From: Macrostomum lignano
Taxonomy: Eukaryota
DNA: 64,000 nt
Direction: 5' to 3'
NCBI GenBank assembly: GCA_002269645.1
Contig: NIVC01000414.1
Span: 310,001-374,000, forward strand
Shown: one piece after another, positions 50,121 to 60,900 of the stretch
How positions within the stretch are numbered: position 1 is the stretch's first letter
Layout: the number at the start of each line of letters is the position of its first letter
The notes under the pieces: generated by a model
What the model saw: the letters and a program-made list of their open reading frames with translations, nothing else
Told to the model about the DNA's origin: nothing
Database searches by the model: none
Translations under genes and position numbers: made by a program

Positions 50121-52204
50121 GACATTCTTTTATTTTACAATCACCTAGCATTGTCCCTATAGGAGTCGGGACTTGTTATACGATCCCCCCACAGAGGATA
50201 GAAAATTGTTCTTAAAATCAAACTTCAAAATGGGACCATTTCTAAGTGTGTCATTTTTAACATAAAATCTTGTGTCTTATAGAAGTTAGAAGCTTGTCCT
50301 TATATTAATTTTTGTTATGCAATCATTTAAATGGTGAATTTATGTGCAGATCATTGCAAGACAAAACCAAAAGAGCTTGTAGATTTCGACTTAGGATCAC
50401 ACCAATAGTAAAATTGTATTGGAGGGATTGTATGACGAAATGGTAGGAAATTGTCGCTATAATAGATGTTTCAACCAAACAATCAATTGCAAACCGAATA
50501 TGTCTGCAAACCAAAAGCCACCTGGCTCTTTTTATATGGCTCTTTTTGCATGGCCTTTTCGGGCACTACCACCACCCCATTCACCCCCTCACTTTTGTCA
50601 TACGATCACCCCTTGGTATAACACATAGGTCCAATGAACTGGGGGGATCATATGACGAAAATGGAGGGAGCGGCACTTGCAAATCTTATAATGAATACAA
50701 TTTCTTTCTTGAATCCTATAGATCGTTGATAGAGATTGATGTAGCAGTTCGTATCCGAAGCTGCCGTGAACTGGTGCAACTTTGTCATACGATCCCTCTA
50801 ATACAGTTCTACCAATGTGGTGATCGTAATTCAAAACCTACTAGCTCTTTTGGTTTCATCTTGCAATCATCTACATATAACTTCACCATTTAAATGATTG
50901 TATGATGAAAGTGAATATAAGCTATGTGCTTTCATAACCATGCTATGCCCATGATCCTCAAGTTGACTGAAAAGTGAATTGCAGTGATGAATTAGGTTGA
51001 CTGGAAAGTGAGTTGCAATGATTTTGTTCTTGGAAAAAATGTGAAACATACTTTTTTAATAAACTAGAGTGTCTTTTTGACTCTTTTAATAGGGATTGTA
51101 AGACAAGACTTGACCTGCTCAGGGATCGTAAAACAAAATAATGCCCATCCATAGATGTTTTCACATCTTTCTGACAAATTTAAAGTTGAATTTTGCAAAA
51201 ATATGATGATGGAAAAATAATACTAGCAGACATTTCAGGTTGTATAATAATAGGCCCTATTAGTGCTAACCTTTCTTCACATTTGTTGGTCTAACTCAAA
51301 ACCCAAACAAGATAGAAATGAAATTCAAAGGACAATTTTTTCATTGAAAAATTATCTATAGGCCTAGCTTGACACATAAAATGTAAAAATTGGTCCAGGT
51401 ACTAAGAAGCTAAAGCAAAGATTTCAGGATCTTTTGGGACATCTCTCATAGTTGCAAGTGACAATTTTCTGCACAAAAACTGCATCTTTGCTTGTATGAG
51501 TAGCATGATATGCCAGAAAAATGCCTTTTATATTGATTATGATATGCCACCTTTTTGCATCAATCAATAAATATATATATCTTTTTGTAAAAATCTTTTT
51601 AAACAATTTTTTTATATTTATAAAACAAAAATGTTATCACCAACAAATTTTAAATATATAAGGCAATTCTTTAAAATTTATGTTTGTCTTAGTGCTTAAA
51701 ATTAAAATTAAAATTAAGCATCCAGTAAAAAAGTAGCTTATTTATTTGAAACTTCAAAGCTAATTAGTTAATAATAAAATATAAATAGGAAGTTTGTGTA
51801 ACGTTTGGTTGTCTCTGGGTTGTCTCGAGGTGGCCTGGCAGGTCTTTGTATCCCACCGCTGCCACCAGTGTAACGTTTGTCCTTTGCTTCGGTCCTATCG
51901 ATTTGCCTGAAAATTGAACCTAAAACGTTAGCCTTGACTTGGTAGTGTTGCTGCCACCTTGGTGTGCGGACTCGACGCGTCGGCAGAGTTGTCTATCCGT
52001 TACCTAAAATAAAATTAACGAAGACACTTCGGAGCAAAGGCCAAATCTGAAAATGTCTCGACAGTCAATCGTCTCAGTTGAATGCTGCTCGGACCTGAAA
52101 ACCTGAAATGAGAGAGGAGAGCTCGGAGGCAGAGGCTTCACGAGTTAGCCACAATGCTCCGCAAGACAACGCCGTCTAGAGAAAAATGGCTTGCAGATGC
52201 TCCG

Positions 52205-52580
52205 TATTTATAGACAAGCGGACCCCCAAAAGTCACGTGAGTTTCATGCGGTGAGCGCGTGAAACTTCCTTATTTGGGCATTGAAATCATGCGGACGACG
52301 CGTGATTCAAGGCCAACTTCCAAATAAGGCAACCCTGTCACGCAGCAGTGGCATGACTCAAGGTCAGTGGCCACGCACAGCGTGCGTGCACAGTCACGTG
52401 CTTATTCTGTGCTAAAAATAGAACATGGGCGGATGAGTCATCCTGTTTACTCCCTCTAGGCAGCCATTATACTCCGCGCAGGTGATGAGTCATCCTGCTA
52501 CGCTTCCTCAGCGCGAGTGGGAAGACATTGAGTGTGGCTGCCTGCGCCCGCTCAGGCGATGAGTCATTGGGCAGTAAACA
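52205..52580 (-). promoter_or_regulatory. Pol II promoter/enhancer with immediate-early-type motif cluster
   Basis: TATAAATA on the minus strand (52205-52212); CArG CCTTATTTGG (52268) and CCAAATAAGG (52320), each overlapping ACTTCC (ETS core); CACGTG twice; MEF2 CTAAAAATAG (52412); TGA(C/G)TCA at 52354, 52434, 52486 and 52560; forkhead TGTTTAC/GTAAACA at 52444 and 52574; CpG-rich island in AT-rich DNA. Confidence 0.75.
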
Positions 52581-53041
52581 CATAGGCCCAGCACAGAGTA
52601 TCTCTCTCACTAGATCAGGTGGACTGAGCTACTGTGCAGCGGATCACAGCACTCTTAAGGAAAGCTAGTGAATTCTGCTGAATAGCCAGTTAGCAGCCAG
52701 TCACTACACTCTCCCCGTCCAAATTAAATTGCAGCAGCAGAACAATGAATCAATTTTATTTGAAAACAAAATCGGCTCTAATAAGGCCACTGCATAATAA
52801 GTTAATTAGCTACAAAAGAAAAGTAAAATTTATTGCGCGCCAGTCAAAAAGATGGAAAACAAGGCCACACGAATTGCATACGGTATTGCGGATTAACAAG
52901 TGATAGTTTTTAGAGATTAGATTGATTAGCTGAGAAATGTAATAAATTTTGAGATTATTTTGAAATGGAGAAGAATTCCTGATTATTGCGTGTCAGCCTA
53001 ATTGTAAAGATGTAAATGTTGTCATGTAATTTTAATTTTTG

Positions 53042-53470
53042 TTAATAATGAATGAATTTTTCAAAGTCCGTTGGCATGTCGGCAGTTTGACCTAGGAAGA
53101 AAAGGGCCTTTAAGATGGCCAATTCTAGCGTAGTTGGATGCGGTGGTTGCGTTGGTAGGGCGGCAATGTTGCGGCGGGCCACTTCCGAGATAGCTTGCCG
53201 ATGAGCGTTGGCAATAGCCACCGAGAAAGCCTCTCGAATGTTCGTGGGCCATCGGCGACTCAACTGCCAATTCAGGCCAGCCCTCACAAGCAGGCTGATC
53301 AGCTGGCTGATGCCCTCCTCGCTGTGGTCAGGTGGCTCACCTGTGTTGAGGCGTCAGCGTGCTGCGGCCTGGCCTTGATAGCAGCATTGATTGCTTCCAC
53401 TAGCTCCGTTTTTGAAAACAACCTGGGCGGCGACGGGGCAGGCGACAGATGGCGAAAACATTTGTTTCAA
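53042..53470 (-). pseudogene. GC-rich exon-like relic of unknown identity (..SEEGISQLISLLVRAGLNWQ...EKFIHY*)
   Basis: Protein-like reading in an AT-rich background, needing a frameshift to join the upstream part; no clean acceptor or start. Confidence 0.3.
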
Positions 53471-56152
53471 TAGCATTAGCAGATTCAGCAGAATGTTATA
53501 AAAGATTGGGAAAGAAGTAAATCAAAGCAATTGATGCTCATGTAGAATCAATAAAGGTCACAATTTTAATTCAATAATAAAGTTCATTAGTAAGAAGTTG
53601 TTACATTTGCATGACCATTGTCATAAACAAAGAGATTAATTAGGCATTTAGGTAAATTCAAATATATTCCTAATTTTGTAACTTTTCTTTATTTTCTTCA
53701 TATATTTTGCTCTTTCTTTGCATTTTTGGTCATTGACATTGCCATTATGTTAACAATGAATTTGTCATGTTAAATTATAAAAGTACTCATATTAATGCAA
53801 ATCCATTAATCCATTAGTTCAAAAAATCTGAATGGCATTCCATTAGCAATAATAAAAAATCTTAATGCTTATTAATGCTTAATAGCAGATTAACACTTAT
53901 TAATGGACTGGTACCCAACACTGGGCCTGAGTGGTCTAAGGTACATATATTTCTTTAGTCTTTTAAGTGTTACTCAGAATATAGGGTCATAGCAATAAGC
54001 AATGCAGTATATCTTTGCATGAATCCCTAATTCTTATTTCTTGGTAAGTTTCTGAGCACTTTCAAATGTTCAGCCTTGAAATAAGTACCTCATTAAGACT
54101 TTATGTTTATTGAAAATATGGGGTTTGAACCATTGTGTGAGCATATAGATGTTCAAGAGCTGAGATGTTGGTTTATTTAGGGCAGAATTTCACTTGTATA
54201 TATCAATTGGATTTAGGGAGGCACATTTATAACAAATAATAATGATCAAAATTATTTCAAGTATTCAAACAAACTAAAATGATATCTCTAGATTTTGCAC
54301 AACTTTAAAATCAAAAGTATTCAAGTGTAAAATAAAAGTACTTGGGTGCAAAATGTTTGAACAGTTGTATATTATAAGTGCATTTGTATTCAAAGGGTAG
54401 AATTTTATAGATAGAACAATTATTAAAATGCAGGCAAAGTAAAACTAAATGGTTATTACTAAATATAGGCAAAAAGTAAATTGGTAAGTAATGTTTATGA
54501 TGCAAGTTCTTAAATCTAGTTGTCACTTAGTCTTTTAGAATTGGCATGGGTGTAGCAGATCTCAGTAGTATAACCACTTGATTTGGTCAAAGAGCTAATC
54601 AATCTCAATATTGATCAGCTAATGATTTGGTGGTCAACAATTACTGCGGAAATTCTAGTGCATGTGATCTGCCACATCTTGTAGGATAGCAACTGCCTCC
54701 TTATGAGACTACTGTTCTTTCAGAAATTTGCCGCTTGACTAGATCTTGGAGGCCTATGGTAGTTGCTGATACATATCCAGACAAAGAAACACTAAAGTCA
54801 GCATGTGTTATTGGAAATTGTAGCATAGCCTCTCTATATCAGGGCTGCAGGTTTTGATTAATCTGTGCATGACTCTGCAGAAGTTGGCTACCTCCTTTGG
54901 TGGTAATTGTCTCTATCTTGGCAATGAGCTCAGCTGCAGTGATGATCTTTGCTGCCACAGTGGCAAGTTTCTAGGACTCTGTCATGGTTACACTTTATGG
55001 TATGATTTACTTTATTGTGATATCATTATTGGCTCCAAGGAGGCTATTGATGCTGGCAGCTCTGTCAAAGTGTCTTCAAGCATTTGGAGGTGGGTGCAGT
55101 TGCTGGAGCCTCTATCTAGATGGTGCGGCCACCAGTGGATGGAACAGCCCTAATTACCATTGACCTCACTGGGATGGCAACTTGCAAAGCTAGTAGTATG
55201 GCCCTCTTTTTCCTTGGCTCTTCATTAGTTGTAGCTAAGGGCAATCTCTTGGCTTTTCTCCTAGGCATTAAAGGCTTGGTTGGGATGCGCAAAGGCGCCT
55301 TGTTTTCCTGATCATTCAGCTTCTCAACTGGCTTGGCAGCTGGCAGATTTGGCATAATCTCTAATAGCTCTTCTAGAGGCCATAAAGACAAGTTCAGGAT
55401 GTCGTTGTTGCAACCTATGCTAGCTCTTAAGTACTGATCCTTAGTATAGCAACTCTACGCAATTAAATTCTCAGTATAGTAATTCTTAGTATGATACTCT
55501 AGTAAGGTTCTCTTTGAATAGAGGAGGAGTTTGGCTCTGTGAAATATGGAGCCTTCTGGGCTGCAGGGGTCCATATTTATAGGCTAGCAAGATAGGGCCA
55601 ATGAGACACATTAAGATCTAGAAATTCACACTTGCACAAGATATTTGGATCTGGCTAATAGCTTTCAATCAATGCTGTGAAGTAGAAGAGATACGTGAAG
55701 AACACTGGAAGCAGGAACTGCTAGCTAATTTGGACTTGTCTACTGCATTTGTAGTGGTGTAGCACCTGAATCTGCCAGAAGATCTCAAATAAAAAGAGTT
55801 CAAAGAGCAATTGATTGAGCAATTTAGAAGAATTGGTAGTTCCACAGAGAGGAATTTCAAGGAAGAATGCAAGGCAGAAATGAGCCTATAGAGACTTTAG
55901 TAGACTATTTGATTGAGTTGGCATAGCATGCATAAATGTTGAGCAAAAGGAAGAAAATATTGTAAAGCAATTCATCATGAATTATTTTGACTAGGTGACC
56001 CTCAAGAGGGCCATTTATGAGAATTTTAGCTTTAGAAAAGCCAGGGAACTACAAAATTAGATTGAGACCATTAAATAAAGATTATTTAAAGCAATATAAG
56101 ATTGGTAATAATCATCATTCATCATTCAAATGACCAAATGTAAGATTATATA

Positions 56153-56517
56153 GGCACGGGGGCCGTAGCCCAATGGTAGTGCAGCTGCTCTGGTGTGCCA
56201 ACGACCCAGGCTCGATTCCAAGTGCAGTCACATTAATTTGGGGCTGAATTGGAATCTTGGCTTGGCTCTGCTTGTGCAATTAACAGCCTTAAGAGCCAAC
56301 CCCCCCAAGGCGCAGTGAAGTGTACATGCTTAATGATAATATAAAGTTAGTGCCGCTGTACACTCCTGTGTGAGTGTATGCCTGTGTACATATCCACACA
56401 CTTGTATGCCTGCTCAGGGGAGTCAGTGGAATGGGCAGTAATGCCTCTCGCCAGTTATGTGCCTATGTTGTATAAAGTGCACCAGGGTGCACACAACCCC
56501 CCTGTCTCTAAGTAAAT
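56153..56517 (+). mobile_element. tRNA-derived SINE
   Basis: A-box tagcccaatgg (56166), B-box ggctcgattcc (56209), body and AT-rich tail; related copy at 57632-57995. Confidence 0.8.
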
Positions 56518-57631
56518 ATCTATATAGAAGATATACTAGTTACAGTAGTTACTAGAGTATTTAAATGATATATTTTATTATTCAGCATTGTCAAACAACC
56601 CTATTCTTCTTTTTTTGCTAGTTCAAAATAGCTTTATACTTATTTGAAATATTATAATATTGATGGTTTAGACTATTTACTTAATTTTATTACTTAATTT
56701 AATCTTATGAATGCTACCAAAGTTATAATAAGGGTGTTGGTTTTATCTTCTAAAATAATTTCATTGTTGATAGCAAAGTTGTGCTAGGGGTAAATCTTTC
56801 TCTAAATTTCAATTGTTGCCACTAAACTATAGTAAAAAAACTCTATTTCTTTAAATTCATCTGAGCATTTGCCTAAGTGCATATCTAAGTATTTATTATC
56901 CTTTATTGGTAATGTTTCTATTCTATACCAATAGCATTATATATAAATATGGCTTGAGTAGTATATATACTCTAATGGCATATGTACTGCATGTATGATC
57001 TTTTTAGTCCTAGGCATTACCAAGATTAGAGGGTCATGGCCTCTGTACACGATATGTATTATTAGGGATCTACTTTGTATCCCTTTTTCATTAGTATATG
57101 CAGTATGCATATTTTCTCCTAAGTCAAAATCACTTCTCAAAATATTTGTTAGGAATTCACTGTAAAGTTTCTCAACTAACCAGTAAAAGGCTGAAGGCTG
57201 ATTTGAAGCCTAAAAGTGAGACTTGCTTCTCATTGCAAAAAATGCATATATTTATACTAATTTTTGGCTCTTTAAAACAAACTAATTGGAAAAATATTTT
57301 AGAAAATTTAAGTACTTAAACAAAAGTTTTCTTAGTTTTTGTGCACGTTCAAAATGCATATATTTTACAAATTTTTGCATAAAAATGGAAGCCATTAATG
57401 TAGTTTCTACAAACTTATTAGGTTATAAAATGAAGTTCAATTTTTTATAGATTTTAGAGATTCATATTTTGGCAAAGTTGCTATTTTTTTCTTTATTGTC
57501 TTTTACTATACAAGTAGATGTGCAATTAAAATATTGATATTTTTCTGGACAGTTTTTTATGGTTTATTTTACAGTTGGAAGCTTTCTATAATTTTATGGC
57601 TATTGTATCATAATATGTATTGTTAGCATAA

Positions 57632-57995
57632 ATATAGATTTTGATTGAGCATTTGAGCAGGGGCTGTGTGCACCCTGGAGCACATTTAGCAACACTGTCA
57701 CAACTGTTGGGGAAAGATTACTGCCCATTCTGCCAATCTTGAGCAGACAAACAAGAGCACAGATACATATGTAGTCATATACAAAGACAGACACATCAAA
57801 GGCAGGTCCTGGCTTTATTTATATTCAGGCAAGTATACTTCACTGCACCTTAGGGTTGATCTTTGAGAGCATTGAATGGACAAACAGACTGAAGCCAAGA
57901 TTCCAATTTAGCCACAAATTAATGCAATCTGCAATTGGAATTGACAGTGGTAACTAAATGTCAAACTGTGACTTTCTGCCGTAACTGCTGCCTCT
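57632..57995 (-). mobile_element. Diverged copy of the same SINE family in inverted orientation
   Basis: Shares attaatttg.ggct.aattggaatcttggctt, aagg.gcagtgaagt.tac, gaatgggcagtaat and ccagggtgcacaca with the + copy; head decayed. Confidence 0.7.
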
Positions 57996-60900
57996 ATGAA
58001 AACCAGAAGCAGCAATAGCAAGTCCCGCAAGAAACAAAATAGCAAACGCGCTGGCAACACCAGCAGTTCTTGTGGCGCCAAAAATGCAAAACCAGCTAAA
58101 AAATCTCGACAATGTAGAGCTAGCCGTTTTCGCCTCAGTGAGTTAAACTTGGCACCAGAGACCACTCTGTCGCTGAGCAGCAATAGCGGGCTGGGTGGCA
58201 TCTGTACTAGACGGAGCTCCCGATCTCAAACTCGCCTGCAGCAGCTCCAACAGTCTGCAGACAGCACACTGATCATTGGTGAACCAGAGCACCGTCCAGG
58301 GCCTCAGTTAAAACGCGGCGTGACCAGTCAGGTCAGGACTGAAGCCAACGACACCATGCTGAACTTGTCTGCCCCGGCTGTGAGTTTGAGTCGCTCAATA
58401 TCTGCTCCAGTTCGCGGCAGAGCAGCCAGACAGCATCTAGTAGTTGCCAAGCGTCAGAAAGCGGCTGCAACAACGATGGAAAGTCGATTTGCAGACGAAA
58501 GTAAAGCATCGCAGAAGGAGAACCAAGAGAAAGTTGAGGTTGAAAAGCCAACTGCAAGTTGTTGTAATAGGTCAGTTAGTGACACTCAAGAGCAGGAACA
58601 TCCTAGTGCAGCAGAAGTTGAGCATGAGCATTCAAGAATCGCAGCCTCACAAGCTGGCTCATTCTCTCGTGCATCCATGTCAACTGGCGTAAGCAACTAT
58701 GAAAATCAGTCAAATAGCTCTGTAATGGCCAGTACAAAGCTGTCAGACTTGGAAGGCAATGTGGTTCAACCTGAAGTGACTCAAGAGTCTAAAGCCGATA
58801 CTTCTGCAGTCAAGTCAAGAGCAGCTGAAGTCGCTCCTTCTCGATTGGCTGACAACGAAGAGAGACGCAAATCTTGTGAATGTTTAAGCGTGACACAGTC
58901 CGCAGAAGCAACACCAGCAACTGCAGCATTGAGCGACAGAAGTGTCGCCGTGTCAGCTCACCCCAGCAACAGTCAAAATCAGTTAGATGGCTCTGTAGCG
59001 ATTAACACAAAGACTTCGGATGCAACAAAGACAGGCATTGAAGACAATGTGGTTCAATTAGAAGTTACTCAAGAGCCTAATGCTGGTGCTGCATATCAGT
59101 CTTTGTGCTTTTCTGCAGACGAGTCGAGCGCAGCTCAAGCTGATTGCAATGAAGCGAAGTGCAAGTCTAACGGTGAATGTTTAAGCGCGTCGCAAGCTGC
59201 AGAAGCAACACCTTCACCTGCTATAGTGAGTTTCAGTCAGAGCTTAATGAAGTTTGCTTCCACTGCCGCTTCCTCACAGCCTGACTCATTCCCTGGTGTC
59301 TCCATGTCGGCTCGAGCGAGTAACATTCAAAATCAGTCAGGTCGCTCTGCAATGACCAACGAATGCAATCGAACTTCGAGTGTAATTAAACCAGATATTG
59401 AAGACAGTGTAGTTCAATGGGAAGCTTCTCGAGAGCCAAATAATGCCACTTATCAGTCTATGTGCCTATCTTCTAACCAATCAAACAGAGATCAGGTCTC
59501 ACCTTCTCGATTGGCTGATTACAGCAAAGTAAGCTGCACGCCTAGCGAGCATGTTTACGTGTCAAAATCTGCAGAAGCAACATCATCCAAAACAATAAAA
59601 AACCAGGAGAGCTTCAGAAGACCTGTTTCCGTTGCCGCTTCCGGGTCTAGCCCAGTCTCTGGTGTCTTTTCATCGGCTCACGTTAGTAACATTCGAAATT
59701 CCCTTGATAGCTCTGTAGTTGCAAGCACAAAGACTTCGAATGCATTGAAGAAGACAGAGCCAAATGCTGTCACTTATCAGTCTTTGTGCTTCTCTGCAGA
59801 CGACTCAAGCGCAGCTCAGGCCTCATCATCTCGATTGGCTGATTACAGCCGAGTAAATTGCAAGTCGAGCTGTGGACGTTTAAGCGTGTCGCAAGCTGCA
59901 AAAGGATCAGCTTCATCTGCTACATTTGACGGCCGTAAGAGCTCGATAAAGCCTCTTTCCATTGTCGCTTGCGATCCTGACGCAGTCCCTGGTGTCTTCG
60001 TACCGGCTCCTATTAGCAACAGTAATAAATTGTTTCAAGCTCAGTCAGATCAATCAGAGGCCACTAAAAAGCCAAACGCTACTGCATATCAATCTTTGTG
60101 CTTTTCTGCAGACGACTCGAGTGCAGCTCAAGCCTCATTTTCTCGATTGGCTGATTACAGCCGAGTAAATTGCAAGTCGAGCTGTGGACGTTTAAGCGTG
60201 TCGCAAGCTGCAAAAGGATCAGCTTCATCTGCTACATTTGACGGCAGTAAGAGCTCGATAAAGCCTCTTTCCATTGTCGCTTGCGATCCTGACGCAGTCC
60301 CTGGTGTCTTCGTACCGGCTCCTATTAGCAACAGTAATAAATTGTTTCAAGCTCAGTCAGATCAATCAGAGGCCACTAAAAAGCCAAACGCTACTGCATA
60401 TCAATCTTTGTGCTTTTCTGCAGACGACTCGAGTGCAGCTCAAGCCTCATTTTCTCGATTGGTTGATTGCAGTGAAGCGAAATGCAAGTCTACTGGTAAA
60501 TGTTTAAGCGTGCCCAAATCTGTAAAAGCAATATTGAAAAGCAGAGAGAGCTTGATAAAGCCTGCTTCCATTGTTGCTTCCGAGCCTGTCTCATTCTCTG
60601 GTGTCTTTGTTTCGGCTGACGTTGCGACTTATCGAAATCAGTCTAATAACTCTACAGTAGCCAGCACAGAGCCAATAGACTCTCCAGGCAAAGTTGTTCA
60701 GTCAGATGCGACTCAACAGTCAAACGCTGGCACTTATCCGTCTTTGTGCTTTTCTGCAGACTGCTCAAATGCAGCTCAAGCTTCATCTGCTCAAGTGGCT
60801 AATTACAACGAGCTGAGACGGGAATCAAGCGGTGAACTTTTAAGCGCTCCAGAGTCTGCAAGAGAAACATCCGCATCTGCTATGTTGAGTAGTAAGAGCT

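Noticed and set aside
56153-56230. Functional tRNA gene
   Set aside because: A and B boxes are present, but no convincing cloverleaf; it continues into a SINE body shared with a second copy.
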